DNA of 64,000 nt from Dehalococcoidia bacterium (GCA_963662615.2 CAXXSR010000001.1:448001-512000); one strand, 5' to 3'. Positions 46,259 through 59,493 are shown, counted from the first letter of the stretch. Notes: generated from the letters alone by a model not told the origin. Numbers and translations: made by a program.

Positions 46259-48127
46259 CTAGACGTGGAGAGCCTCGGCCACATCCGCGAGGCCCAGCGA
46301 TTCCAGCTTGCTGCGGCTGGGGGTGCAGGTCTCCGCGTCCCAGTCGCAGGCGCGGAGGAAGTCGCGCTCCATGGTCTCGGCATCGACGATGACGTCCTTC
46401 AGCGGCCCCGACTGCTGCGCCGTCCCCTCGCCGCCGTAGATGCGGCCGGGCACGTTGCGGGCGCGGGGGTTGTTGCCCTCGCGCACCTCAAAGGCCATGC
46501 GCAGGTTGGCGATGCGCTCGCCCGCGCGCTGAAGGTCGTCGCCGTTGATGCTCCAGCCGGTGACCTTATTGATCCACTCAGGGAAGCGGTCGGTGGGGGC
46601 GGTCATCATGATGAACTGGCACATGCCCGTGGCGTTGACGATGTGCATGTACTCGCTGGCGCCCTTGTGGTGCTCCCCCCGGTTCGCGTAGTCCTTGAAG
46701 TCCTTGGGCGCGCGCGGGTACTTGGGGCCGCCGAACGTGCTGCGACCCTCGTATTGGGTGTGCCGCGCCGGCGTGGGGTCCAGCTTGTAGGTGGTGTGGA
46801 ACTCCGGCTGCAGCTTGGGGTCGTGCATGGGCACTTCTTGCCCACCGATGTGCATGGCGTATTGCTCCGCGCCGCGGCCAATCTTCTCAGCCGCGACCTT
46901 GACGCCGTCGGCCAGCACGTCGCCGATGCCCTCGCGCTTCCCCATCTTGTGCAGCAGCGCGATGATCGCTTTGTCGTCTCCCCAGCGCAGCTCCAGGCCG
47001 TCCGTGTCCTCCTTCGTGAGGATGCCGTTCTCGAAGCACTCAACGGCGAACGAGATGGTCGCGCCGGCGCCAATGGTGTCCAGCCCGTACTCGTTGCAGA
47101 CGTGGTTGGCGAAGATCAGCGCGTCCAGGTCGTTCATCAAGTTCATGGTGCCGAAGGAGGCCATGGTCTCGTATTCGGGGCGGTGGGTGTGATGCGGGTA
47201 GGGGTACTGCGCGTTGCTTGATTCCACGCTCTCGGCGCCGCAGGCCAGCGGGCAGTGCCAGCAGGCGTAGTGCTTCTCCATCTTCTCGTTGACGACGGTC
47301 CCTTGCAGGCTCTCGACGTCGCTGAAAACGTCTTCGCCCACGCCGCCCCAGTTCTGCACGGGTGAGTCGCCGCTGTGCGCCGAGCCGGCGGTGATGCCGG
47401 TGGTGCCCACGGTGCGGAAGAAGTCGCGCAGTGGCGCCGCGAACTCGTCCAGCGACTCCTTCATCATCCGGCGCGCGTCCTTGTCGTGCTGCTGGATCAT
47501 CTGCCGGGTGGACTTCACCACCACCGCTTTGACCTTCTTTGATCCCATCACCGCGCCCACGCCGGAGCGTGCGGCCAGGCGGCCGTGGTCGTTGCAGATG
47601 CCGCTGAGGTAGGAGAGGTTCTCTCCCGACTGCCCGATCACGGCGACGGAGGCCTTCTTACCGTACTTTTCCTTGAACTGCTTTTCGGCGCTGATTGCGT
47701 CGATGCCCCAGTAGGCGGAGGCGTCCTCAATGCTGACCTTGTCATCCTCAATGAGAATGTAGACGGGGCGATCGGCGGCGCCGTAGAGGAGGATGCCGTC
47801 CCAGCCCGCGAACTTGAGGTAGGGGCCAAAGTCGCCGCCGCAGTTGGCGTCGCCCCAGCCGCCCGTGGGCGGGCTCTTGCAGACGGCCTGGAAGCGGTTG
47901 CCGAAGATGGGCGTGCCGGTCATCAGCCCTGGAATGAGCCCCAGAACGTTCTCCGGCCCCAGGGGGTCGGCGCCCTGCGGGATGCGGTCGAACAGCAGGC
48001 GCACGCCAATGCCGTAGCCGCCTAGATAGTCTTTGTACATCTGCTCGGGCAGCTCTTCCGGCGAGATCTTGCCGCTGCTCAGATCCACGTTCAGGATCTT
48101 GCCGTTGTATGCGAGTTCCTCCGGCAT
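46259..48127 (-). CDS. Aldehyde:ferredoxin oxidoreductase (AOR/WOR tungstopterin family)
   Basis: YLGGYG, KSP.TGGWGD.N.GG, R.GVGAVMGSK, CWHCPLAC, PEYE, GLD.I, HDP, GMC. Confidence 0.92.
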   Translation of the reverse strand: MPEELAYNGKILNVDLSSGKISPEELPEQMYKDYLGGYGIGVRLLFDRIPQGADPLGPENVLGLIPGLMTGTPIFGNRFQAVCKSPPTGGWGDANCGGDFGPYLKFAGWDGILLYGAADRPVYILIEDDKVSIEDASAYWGIDAISAEKQFKEKYGKKASVAVIGQSGENLSYLSGICNDHGRLAARSGVGAVMGSKKVKAVVVKSTRQMIQQHDKDARRMMKESLDEFAAPLRDFFRTVGTTGITAGSAHSGDSPVQNWGGVGEDVFSDVESLQGTVVNEKMEKHYACWHCPLACGAESVESSNAQYPYPHHTHRPEYETMASFGTMNLMNDLDALIFANHVCNEYGLDTIGAGATISFAVECFENGILTKEDTDGLELRWGDDKAIIALLHKMGKREGIGDVLADGVKVAAEKIGRGAEQYAMHIGGQEVPMHDPKLQPEFHTTYKLDPTPARHTQYEGRSTFGGPKYPRAPKDFKDYANRGEHHKGASEYMHIVNATGMCQFIMMTAPTDRFPEWINKVTGWSINGDDLQRAGERIANLRMAFEVREGNNPRARNVPGRIYGGEGTAQQSGPLKDVIVDAETMERDFLRACDWDAETCTPSRSKLESLGLADVAEALHV

Positions 48128-48246
48128 GGGCCGTCCCACCTTTCCTGCACGATCGCGCCCGGCGCCGCAGGCGCCTGGTCGTCGCCGCCCGATTATCGCG
48201 GAGCGACGCCGCCCGCCACAAGGGCCGCGGCAGTCCGTCCCCGCGC

Positions 48247-48278
48247 CGCCCGCCTACGAATTCGCCCGCCTACGAATC
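48247..48278. repeat. 16-bp tandem duplication including the LLM gene stop codon
   Basis: cgcccgcctacgaat(t/c) x2. Confidence 0.8.
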
Positions 48279-49223
48279 CAGGCGCGCCAGCTTGCCCAGC
48301 AGCGCCAGCGTCCGCTCAATGCCGGCTTGCGGGTCGTCACCCACGGGGAGGACCATGGCCAGCAGCTCGTCGGCGCCGTAGTCGGGCAACGTCGCGATGC
48401 GCTCGGCGACTTGCTCCTCGGAGCCGGTGACGACCAGCGCCTCGGCCAATGTCTCGGAGAGTTCCGGGCCGGCCGCCTCCGGGAAGCCGGCGTCCTGGAA
48501 CATGCGCGCGTAATAGGGGAGACGCAGGTAGCGGCCCAACTGCTGTCGCGCCGCCGTCCGCACGGTCGCGGCATCCTCACTGACGATAATGGGCGCATGG
48601 ACGACCATGGGGGGCTTGGCCCGGCCCGTCTGCGCGGCGCCCGCCGCCAGAGCCGGGGCGGCCACGTCGCGGATGTAGGGCCAGGGGCACATCCAGGAGA
48701 TGGCGCCGTCCGCCAGCTCCCCGCAGAGCCGGAACGCTCTGGGGCGCAGGGCCGCCGCCATCACGGGCACCTCTCTGGGGCTGTCAATCTCCCCTTCCGC
48801 CCGCAGGATCTCTCCCTGGAAGGCAACGCGTCCCTCCTGGAGGACCGCCTTGAGGATGGTGAGGTACTCCCGCAGGTGCGCCTGCGGGCGCTCGAAGGGG
48901 ATGCCCCAGACGCTTTCGACCATTGGCTGGTGGCTCGGGCCCACGCCCAGTCGCAAGCGCCCCGGCGCGATCTCGTCCACCGCCAACGCCGACTGGGCCA
49001 GGGAGAGAGGGTGCCGGGGAAAGGTGGGCACGATCGACGTGCCGAACTGGATGCGCTCTGTCCGCGCGGCTGCGGCGGCGAAGACGGGGAAGGGGTCCGG
49101 CGCCAGTCGGCCGACGGTGAGCCAGGCGACGTCCAGCCCCGCCCGCTCCGCCGCTACGATCCCGTCAACCAGGCCGGGCGCATCCGGCGCGGCCACATGT
49201 ACACCGATGGTCAGATTTTGCAT
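48270..49223 (-). CDS. LLM-class oxidoreductase (Mer-like, probably F420-dependent)
   Basis: FGTSIVPTFPRHP, GRLRLGVGPSH, AALRP...LCGELADG. Confidence 0.9.
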   Translation of the reverse strand: MQNLTIGVHVAAPDAPGLVDGIVAAERAGLDVAWLTVGRLAPDPFPVFAAAAARTERIQFGTSIVPTFPRHPLSLAQSALAVDEIAPGRLRLGVGPSHQPMVESVWGIPFERPQAHLREYLTILKAVLQEGRVAFQGEILRAEGEIDSPREVPVMAAALRPRAFRLCGELADGAISWMCPWPYIRDVAAPALAAGAAQTGRAKPPMVVHAPIIVSEDAATVRTAARQQLGRYLRLPYYARMFQDAGFPEAAGPELSETLAEALVVTGSEEQVAERIATLPDYGADELLAMVLPVGDDPQAGIERTLALLGKLARLDS

Positions 49224-49295
49224 GACGCCCCCGCTGCGGGCGCCGCGATCCCGCGGCGGCGCCGGTCGCCAGGATAGCGCTTGGAGCCCGTCGGA

Positions 49296-50522
49296 TCAGC
49301 CGCTGTCGTAGCCCTCGCTGAGGGGCCGGTTGGCGCGCTGGCCGGCGGCGCCCTCCGGCCCGAAGTCGTCAATGACGGCCGCCAGCTCCTCGCCGGTGGG
49401 CAGCGGCGGCAGCGCCGGCGGCTGTCCCGGCAGCTCGCTGACGTGGAGGGTCTGGGTGGGGAAGGCGAACTCCACCTCCAGCCGTTCGGCCAGCCGCATG
49501 ACGTCCAGATTGAGGACGTGGCGGGTCCGCATCTCTTGGTTCCAGCCTGCTGCGGCAATGAAGCATTGCAGCACGATGTCCAGGCTGTGCGCCCCGAATT
49601 CGGCGAACTCCACCAGGTAATTGTCCTGGCGGATGTCGGCACGGGTGCGGAGGATGGCGCGCACCCCTTCCACGAACGCCTGCAGCCGCTGGGGCTCCGT
49701 ATGGTAGGCGACGCTCAGGGTGGTGCGGTAGCGGCGCCAGCGCCGCTCGCGCCAATTGTCGATGTCCGTGTCGGTCATGCGGGCGTTGGGGATCGTGACC
49801 AGCGAATCGTAGAAGGTGCGCACGCGCGTGGAGCGGAAGCCGACCGCCTCGACGGTGCCGGTGACGTCGCCGACGGTGACCACGTCGCCCACCTGAAACG
49901 GTTTGTCCGTAAAGATCGTGACGCCGCCCAGCAGGTTCTTGATCGTGTCCTGCGCCGCCAGCGCCACTGCCAGGCCACCGATGCCGAGCCCGGCGATCAA
50001 GGAGGCGATATTCACGTCCAGGTTCTGCAGGACGAAGAGCACGCCGATGATCGCGACGAAGATCTTCAGCGTGGTGCGCACGAGCGGAACGAGCTGATCG
50101 TCCAGCTTGGTCTCCGTCAGCTCCGCGCGCCGGCGGAGGACGTCGGCGAAGATGTCGACGGCCCGATAGGTCAGCCAGACGGCTGAGCCGCCGCCCAACA
50201 GCCGCCCCAGCGTCTGCAGGACGTCCTCCACGTCCGCGTCGAAGTCCAGGACCGGAAAGCCCACCAGGATGGTGATTGCGACGGTGAGGCCCAGGAGGGG
50301 CCGGTTCAGCCGCCGGCGTTCTCGCGTCCAGAAGGGCACGCTGTCGTCCGTGACCCGATAGCGGATGTAGAGAGCGATGAGCCCGACGGCGATGCGCTGC
50401 GCCGCGAGCGCCAGCACGACGAGGACGGCGAGGCCGAGGAACTGCTCGACCTCAATGCCCAAGAACGTGTCTTTGAACCAGTTCGGGGTGAGGACGGGTG
50501 GGGCGGCCGAGGGACCAGCCAC
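49296..50522 (-). CDS. Small-conductance mechanosensitive channel (MscS family)
   Basis: SLIAGLGIGGLAVALAAQDT..N, PFQVGD, GFRSTR.RT, IPN, FAFPTQT. Confidence 0.93.
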   Translation of the reverse strand: MAGPSAAPPVLTPNWFKDTFLGIEVEQFLGLAVLVVLALAAQRIAVGLIALYIRYRVTDDSVPFWTRERRRLNRPLLGLTVAITILVGFPVLDFDADVEDVLQTLGRLLGGGSAVWLTYRAVDIFADVLRRRAELTETKLDDQLVPLVRTTLKIFVAIIGVLFVLQNLDVNIASLIAGLGIGGLAVALAAQDTIKNLLGGVTIFTDKPFQVGDVVTVGDVTGTVEAVGFRSTRVRTFYDSLVTIPNARMTDTDIDNWRERRWRRYRTTLSVAYHTEPQRLQAFVEGVRAILRTRADIRQDNYLVEFAEFGAHSLDIVLQCFIAAAGWNQEMRTRHVLNLDVMRLAERLEVEFAFPTQTLHVSELPGQPPALPPLPTGEELAAVIDDFGPEGAAGQRANRPLSEGYDSG

Positions 50523-50804
50523 GCTGGACCTCTCCTTGCCTGGGGCGCCTCAACACCGGGCTTCCGGGTTCCCCGGCCGGTGAGGGTCTCGGCTCGCCGA
50601 GCCGGACGCACGACTGGGCGCCTGACGGTACCGTAGCGAACAAACAGATCATGCGCCAACGCACTTGACTAGAACGCGGCTCCCTACAGGCGTCTCGTCT
50701 TCTCAGGGAATGACCGCCGCGAGGCCCGGCCTGCCGTACAATCGCACGCGAGACCCGTCCCAGCGGGGCCGGCGCAATGGGGTGGGGCGAGAGGGAGAAA
50801 CGCC

Positions 50805-50999
50805 GTGAAGGTCGTGGTTGATTACGATAAGTGCGACTCGAACGCTGTCTGTGTGGGGATCGCCCCGGAGCTCTTTGAGGTCCGGGACGACAATTTTCTC
50901 TACATCCTGCAGGAGAATCCGCCGGAGGAGCTGCGGGCCAAGCTGGAGCAGGCCGTGCGCATGTGTCCCACCCACGCCATCTCCATTGAAGACGATTGA
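50805..50999 (+). CDS. Ferredoxin (3Fe-4S type)
   Basis: CDSNAVC..IAPELF...MCPTHAI; GGGAG SD. Confidence 0.9.
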   Translation: MKVVVDYDKCDSNAVCVGIAPELFEVRDDNFLYILQENPPEELRAKLEQAVRMCPTHAISIEDD

Positions 51000-51086
51000 G
51001 GCGCCAAGCGCCCCCTTGGCTCACGAAGCGAGGCACCCGAGCCCAAGCCTCCGCCCCCAGAACGCCCCAGCGCCCGAAACGATGCA

Positions 51087-52298
51087 ATGGCCAACCTCAC
51101 CCGCTGCGTGGTCGTCGGCGCTTCCCTGGCGGGCCTGCGCGCGGTCGAGGCGCTGCGGCGGGCCGGCTACGACGGCGCCATCACCATGGTGGGCGCGGAG
51201 GCCCACCTGCCGTACGACCGCCCGCCGCTCTCCAAAGAGATCCTGGCCGGCAAATGGGAGCCGGAGCGCGCCGGCCTGCGCGAGTCGGGGAGCTACGCGG
51301 AGCTGGATGTAGACCTCCGGCTGGGCCTGGAGGCGACCGCCCTCGACCCCGGTGCGCGTGAGCTTCAGCTTGACGGCGGCGGCCGGCTGCCCTTCGACGG
51401 GCTGATCATCGCGACCGGCGCCAGGCCCCGTATGCTGCCCAACACGCCCGACCTGGCCGGCATCTACACCCTCCGTACCTTGGACGACTGCCGCGCGCTC
51501 CGTGGCGAGTTTGAGGCGGGCCCGCGCGTCGTGGTGGTGGGGGCGGGCTTCATTGGCGCCGAGGTCGCCGCCACCGCCCGCGGGCGCGGCCTGGACGTCA
51601 CCTTGCTGGAGGCGCTCCCCGTTCCGCTGGCGCGCGCATTGGGGGAGGAGATGGGCGAAGCCTGTGCCGATCTTCATCGCGAGCACGGCGTCGACCTGCG
51701 CTGCGGCGTCAGCGTGGCCGGCTTCGACGGCGCCGGGCGGGTGGAGCGGGTGCGGCTGGCCGACGGCGCGACGGTCGCCGCGGACGTGGTTGTCGTCGGC
51801 ATCGGGGTGACGCCGAACACGAGTTGGCTGGAGTCGTCGGGGCTGCCGCTGCGTGACGGGGTGGTCTGCGACGCGACCTGCGCCGTGGCGCCGGGCATCT
51901 ACGCCGCCGGCGACGTGGCCCGCTGGGACAACCCGCTGTTCGGGGAGGAGATGCGGGTGGAGCACTGGACCAACGCGGTGGAGCAGGGCGCCGCCGCCGC
52001 CGAAAATCTGCTGGCCGGCCCGGAAGGGGCGCGCCCCTTCGCGCCCGTTCCCTTCTTCTGGTCCGACCAGTACGACACCAAGATCCAGTACGTGGGATCG
52101 TCCCGCGCCGACGACGAGGTGCGGGTCGTGCACGGCTCGGTCCGAGAGAACCGATTCGTGGCGATTTACGGCCGCAACGGGCGCATCATGGCGGCGCTGA
52201 CGTTCAATTGGCCCCGCTTGCTGCTGGACTATCGCCGCCTCATCGGCGAGCGCGCCTCCTGGGACGATGCGCTGGCCCATGCGGCGGAGGTTGGCTGA
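51087..52298 (+). CDS. FAD-dependent ferredoxin reductase (putidaredoxin-reductase-like)
   Basis: GASLAG, PYDRPPLSK, GAGFIGAE, AAGD, R.EHW.NA, PFFWSDQY. Confidence 0.92.
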   Translation: MANLTRCVVVGASLAGLRAVEALRRAGYDGAITMVGAEAHLPYDRPPLSKEILAGKWEPERAGLRESGSYAELDVDLRLGLEATALDPGARELQLDGGGRLPFDGLIIATGARPRMLPNTPDLAGIYTLRTLDDCRALRGEFEAGPRVVVVGAGFIGAEVAATARGRGLDVTLLEALPVPLARALGEEMGEACADLHREHGVDLRCGVSVAGFDGAGRVERVRLADGATVAADVVVVGIGVTPNTSWLESSGLPLRDGVVCDATCAVAPGIYAAGDVARWDNPLFGEEMRVEHWTNAVEQGAAAAENLLAGPEGARPFAPVPFFWSDQYDTKIQYVGSSRADDEVRVVHGSVRENRFVAIYGRNGRIMAALTFNWPRLLLDYRRLIGERASWDDALAHAAEVG

Positions 52299-52306
52299 CG
52301 GGCGAT

Positions 52307-52873
52307 TCAGGCGCCGCGGCTGCCGGGCTCGCGTTCCACGTCCGCGAGCCGACAGATCTCGTCGAGCAGCGTGTCGAGCGAGTCGATCTCGCCGTCCAGG
52401 CTGAGGTGCCGGTCCTCAGGTCCGAAGACGTACCAGCGCACGTTCCCCATGGTTTCGACTCGCCGCAGGGCACGGACGTCGTTCCAAGCAAGCGACTGCA
52501 GCAGCCGCCCTTGGTGCCGCGCCTCGATTCCGCTCTCCCGCAGGACGATGGCGGTCGCCGTGCGCTGCCAGGTCAGGTAGACCAGCGGCAACATCAGGCC
52601 CGAGACGACGAAGAAGAAGATGCTGATCCCCAGCAGCTCCGCGCCGCCCGCGACGAGCCAGGCGATCAGTGTCCCCACGGCGGCAAGAAAAGGAAGCAGG
52701 AAGGAGGCGTTGTTGTACCAGCCTGCCTGGTGGGAGTGCGCGCTGACCGAGTCGGGCAGCGCCGCGATGGCGGCTGCGTCCCTGGGGCGCAGGCGCCTCG
52801 CGGTGTCGGAGTCGCGAGGCCCGGACCGGGTCTCCTCCGGCGCCGCGATCGAGCGGCCGGACGGCCGCCGCAC
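52307..52873 (-). CDS. Membrane protein with two TMs and a bacterial PH-like domain
   Basis: two TMs then IVLRESGI...LAWNDV; GTG overlaps peroxiredoxin stop. Confidence 0.55.
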   Translation of the reverse strand: MRRPSGRSIAAPEETRSGPRDSDTARRLRPRDAAAIAALPDSVSAHSHQAGWYNNASFLLPFLAAVGTLIAWLVAGGAELLGISIFFFVVSGLMLPLVYLTWQRTATAIVLRESGIEARHQGRLLQSLAWNDVRALRRVETMGNVRWYVFGPEDRHLSLDGEIDSLDTLLDEICRLADVEREPGSRGA

Positions 52874-53355
52874 TAGACCAGTTCCAAAATGCTCTGCGCC
52901 GACGTGAGGGTGCAGGTCCCCGGCTTCTCTTCCACGTTCAGCGCTTTGACGACGCCGTCGTCCAAGACCATGGCGAAGCGGGTGACACGCGAGCCCAGGC
53001 CCACGGCGCTGAGGTCCACCGCCAGGCCTAGCGCGCCGGCGATGTCGCCGTTGCCGTCGCTGAGCATGGTGATGTCGTCGCTGCCGTGCTGCCGGTTCCA
53101 CTCCTGCAGCACGAAGACGTCGTTGGCGGCCAGACAGACGATCTCGTCCACTCCCTTGGCCCGCAGCGAGGCCGCTTCCTTCACGTAACTGGGGAGGTGC
53201 TCGTTGGTGCAGGTGCCGGTGAAGGCGCCCGGGATCCCGAACATGACCACCCGCTTCCCGCCCGTCACCTCCCCCAGGCTGACCTTCTTGGGACCGTCGT
53301 CCAGCACGAAGCCGGCCACGTCCGCCGGCACTTTCGCTCCCACTGCGATAGGCAT
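52873..53355 (-). CDS. Peroxiredoxin, Prx5 subfamily
   Basis: PGAFTGTCT..HLP, ND.FV, LSDGNG, RFAMV. Confidence 0.92.
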   Translation of the reverse strand: MPIAVGAKVPADVAGFVLDDGPKKVSLGEVTGGKRVVMFGIPGAFTGTCTNEHLPSYVKEAASLRAKGVDEIVCLAANDVFVLQEWNRQHGSDDITMLSDGNGDIAGALGLAVDLSAVGLGSRVTRFAMVLDDGVVKALNVEEKPGTCTLTSAQSILELV

Positions 53356-53487
53356 TGGCGCTGCTCCCTCCCCCGATTACCGTGATCGCGACCGCCGCGG
53401 GAGCGGCGGGGCTCGGATAAGGGTAGCCGGTCGCGCGGACAAGGATCAGCCGACGCGACAGAGGCGGAGTCGGCGGGGAGGGGAACG

Positions 53488-53875
53488 ATGGCGAAGGCGC
53501 AGAGCGGGGCCGAGGTCCAGGCGTTCTTCAACGGATTGGGGGCGGCGCAGCGCCCCATCGCCTTGGCGCTGCACGAGATCGTTGTGGGCGTGGCGCCGGA
53601 GTGCGAGCAGTCGATCAAAGTGGGGCCACCCCACCTACACCCTCAACGGCAACGTCTGCTCCATCATGCCCGCGCGGGAGTACGTGCGGCTGCAGCTCTT
53701 TCGCGGCGTGGAGCTGGACGACCCGGCGCGACGGCTGGAAGGCAGCGGCAGGGGGATGCGGCATGTGAAGGTGCGCAGCGTCTCGGAGTTGGACGCGGCG
53801 TCACTGCGAGACTTCGTCCGGCAGGCAGTGCAGCTGCAGCGGAGTGGTTCCAGAGCGAACCGTTCCGGGACGTGA
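53488..53875 (+). pseudogene. DUF1801 family protein with a +1 frameshift at 53617-53620
   Basis: ...EQSIK in one frame continues as WGHPTY...L.L.RG..L.DP...LEGSGRGMRHVK in another; ATCAAAGTGG has one extra base. Confidence 0.75.
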
Positions 53876-53953
53876 CCGGCGCCGCGACGAGGCCGAAGCG
53901 AGCGTCCTCCTTCGCGGACGAGCGCGAACGGGCGGGCGCGTTGACAGACGTGG

Positions 53954-54029
53954 TGGTAGCCCCAACGGGATTCGAACCCGTGCTACCAGCTTGAAAGGCT
54001 GGCGTCCTAGGCCTCTAGACGATGGGGCC
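53954..54029 (-). tRNA. tRNA-Glu (TTC)
   Basis: GGCCCCA acceptor, CCAGC-CTTTCAA-GCTGG anticodon arm, GGTTCGAATCC, encoded CCA. Confidence 0.96.
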
Positions 54030-54139
54030 GCGCGCGTGGCGGGCGCAGCCTATCACGGCGGCGGCGCGTGACATAGTCTGCGGGCGCATCCGCGTGCGCC
54101 CGCCGATGTCCCCAGTCCGATCTGGAGCGTACGATCGAT

Positions 54140-55591
54140 ATGGTGGCGGCGCCGCCACCGTCAGGGGGCGTGCGAGACGGCATGACGCCTGCAGATCACC
54201 GCCGACCCGCCGACGTGGTGCTGCGGCGCAGGCGCATTCGTCCCGAGACCGTGGAGTTGCGGCCCCCGCGTCGCCGCTTCGGGCTGCGGCCCACGCCGTG
54301 GTTGGTGGCGGGATCGTTCGCTGCGGTCATCGCCGTGGGCACGTTCCTCCTCTCGCTCCCCATTGCCGCGGAGTCGCGGGACTGGACCAGCGGCTGGGAC
54401 GCCCTCTTCACGGCCGCGTCCGCCGTCTGCGTGACCGGCCTGGTCCGCGTGGACACGTCGGAACACTGGAGCGGCTTCGGCGAGGCGGTGATCCTCGGGC
54501 TCTTTCAGGCGGGCGGCCTGGGCGTGACCATCTATGCGGGCATGGTGATCATGGTGGCAGGGCAGCGCTTCGGCTTGCGCGGGCGCGAATTCTTTGGCCT
54601 GGAACTGACCGGCGCAGGCGACTGGGACGTGCGGCGCCTGCTCCGGCGCGTCTTGATCTTCGTGCTGGTGACGGAGATCGTTACCTTCGTGCTGCTGCTC
54701 CCCTGGTTCCTGGAGCGGTCCGCGGACGCCAACGCCGTCTGGCGGTCGCTGTTCCACGCCGTCTCCGCCTTCAACAACGCCGGCTTCGACGTCATGGGCG
54801 GCCGGCGCAGCATGACGGCGGAGATCGGCTCGGCCTATCCGATCGTGGTCATGGGCGTGGCCGCGCTGCTCGGCAGCCTCTCGTTCGTCACCGTCTTCGA
54901 TCTGCGCCGCCACCGCCGCCGTTGGAATCTGGACACGCGGGTCGTGGTGGTGGGCATGGTGGCGCTGCTCGCGGTGGGCATGCTCATCTTCGCCGCCGGC
55001 GAGGTGCAGGGCGGCCATGTGCTCGACGGCCTCGGCGCCGTCGACGTCATTGCCAACAGCTTCTTCCTCTCCGTCAATCGCACCACGGGGATGGCCACTG
55101 TGGACATGGGCGCCATCCGCGACGTCACGGCCGCGGTCCTGTTAGCGCTCATGTTCATTGGCGGCGCCTCCACGTCCAACGCGAGCGGGATTAAGGTGGG
55201 CGCCTTCATGGTCAGCGTGGCCGTGGTGCTCTCCAGCCTGCGCGGCCGCCACCGGGCGGAGCTGTTCGGGCGCGAGCTGCCGCCGGCCATCGTGCTGCGC
55301 GCCGTCGCCGTGGTGCTGCTCGGCGTGGCGACCGTCACAGCCGGCGTCTGGGCCCTGGGGGTCACGGACAACGATCTGCGCTTCCTGCCCACGGTCTTTG
55401 AGGTGATGTCGGCGGCGGCCAACGTGGGTTGGTCGCAAGGCGTGACGGCGCAGCTTTCCACGGTGGGAGCGATGGTGTTGGTGGCGCTGATGTTCGTGGG
55501 ACGATTGGGGCCGCTGATGGTGGCGCTGACCGTGCCGGAGCGCACGCAGGCCAGCTACCACTACCCGGCGGAGGGGCTGCGGATTGGCTAG
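54140..55591 (+). CDS. ktrB: Ktr/Trk potassium uptake membrane subunit (KtrB/TrkH family)
   Basis: SAVCVTGL, SAFNNAGF, RTTG, FIGG...S.A.GIKV, FE..SA...VG, MFVGRLG; start may be 54182. Confidence 0.88.
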   Translation: MVAAPPPSGGVRDGMTPADHRRPADVVLRRRRIRPETVELRPPRRRFGLRPTPWLVAGSFAAVIAVGTFLLSLPIAAESRDWTSGWDALFTAASAVCVTGLVRVDTSEHWSGFGEAVILGLFQAGGLGVTIYAGMVIMVAGQRFGLRGREFFGLELTGAGDWDVRRLLRRVLIFVLVTEIVTFVLLLPWFLERSADANAVWRSLFHAVSAFNNAGFDVMGGRRSMTAEIGSAYPIVVMGVAALLGSLSFVTVFDLRRHRRRWNLDTRVVVVGMVALLAVGMLIFAAGEVQGGHVLDGLGAVDVIANSFFLSVNRTTGMATVDMGAIRDVTAAVLLALMFIGGASTSNASGIKVGAFMVSVAVVLSSLRGRHRAELFGRELPPAIVLRAVAVVLLGVATVTAGVWALGVTDNDLRFLPTVFEVMSAAANVGWSQGVTAQLSTVGAMVLVALMFVGRLGPLMVALTVPERTQASYHYPAEGLRIG

Positions 55592-55644
55592 CCCGGGCGG
55601 CCGGTCGCGGGGGCGGGGCGCCGCGGAGAAAGGTGAGAGCGACG

Positions 55645-56283
55645 ATGGCAATGCAGATCGCGGTATTGGGGCTGGGACGCTTCGGCTCGCAGTTGGCGCG
55701 GGCGTTGTCCGAGATGGGGCACGAGGTGCTGGCGGTCGATCGGAGCGAGTACGAGGTGCAGCAGCTCGCCGACGTCGTGGCGAAGGCGGCGATTGCGGAC
55801 ATGACGGATCCGGACGCCCTGCGTGACTTGGGCACCGGCGGGGTGGACGTGGGAGTGGTGGCGACGGCGGAGCTGGAGGCCAGCGTCCTGGCAATCATGA
55901 ATCTGCAGGCGTTGGGCGTCCCCGCCATCCACGCCAAGGCCGGCAGCGACGGGCACGCCACTATTCTGCGTCGCCTGGGCGCCCACGGCGTGGTGCAGCC
56001 GGAGAAAGAGGGGGGCGAGCGCTACGCCCATCTGCTGGGCTTCCCGGAGGCCAAGGACTACCTCACGCTCACGCGGGAGTACGGCATCGGCGTCTACCCG
56101 GTCCCCGCGCGACTGCAGGGCAAGCAGTTGGACGACATTGACGGCCGCGCGCGCACGCGCCGCTTGTTGCTGGTGGTGCGCGATAACCAAGTGCAGCTGA
56201 ATCCCGTGCGCTCGCAGGCCATTGAGGCGGGGGACCTGCTGGTCTTCGCCGGCGCCGACGAGGATTTGGCCCGGGAGCTGTGA
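55645..56283 (+). CDS. ktrA: Ktr/Trk potassium uptake RCK subunit (KtrA/TrkA family)
   Basis: GLGRFG, EVLAVD, AKA....H..IL..LGA..VVQPE. Confidence 0.88.
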   Translation: MAMQIAVLGLGRFGSQLARALSEMGHEVLAVDRSEYEVQQLADVVAKAAIADMTDPDALRDLGTGGVDVGVVATAELEASVLAIMNLQALGVPAIHAKAGSDGHATILRRLGAHGVVQPEKEGGERYAHLLGFPEAKDYLTLTREYGIGVYPVPARLQGKQLDDIDGRARTRRLLLVVRDNQVQLNPVRSQAIEAGDLLVFAGADEDLAREL

Positions 56284-56328
56284 GGCTACGGATCAGGACG
56301 CTCGTTGCCGGCCGGCCGCGCATAGCAA

Positions 56329-56360
56329 CGAGGCCGCCCTTCGGTAGAAGGACGGCCTCG
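56329..56360. terminator. Hairpin between convergent ktrA and the 23S-tRNAfMet unit
   Basis: CGAGGCCGcCCTTC-ggta-GAAGGaCGGCCTCG. Confidence 0.65.
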
Positions 56361-56371
56361 AGGGTAGACGT

Positions 56372-56446
<75 letters not shown>

Positions 56447-56503
56447 ACGTGCACACAGAACAGGGCGTAGAGGGTGCTGATGTACTGCCGTCACCGCAAA
56501 GTA

Positions 56504-59493
<2,990 letters not shown>

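Noticed and set aside
50660-50700. KstR-like operator upstream of the ferredoxin
   Set aside because: Only a half site (TAGAAC) matches.
53951-53956. Genomic CCACCA at the tRNA-Glu 3' end as a degradation tag
   Set aside because: That tag is added post-transcriptionally; an encoded trailer would be trimmed and can arise by chance.
53876-54139. Integrated element at tRNA-Glu or tRNA-fMet
   Set aside because: No integrase and no duplicated tRNA 3' end seen in the window.
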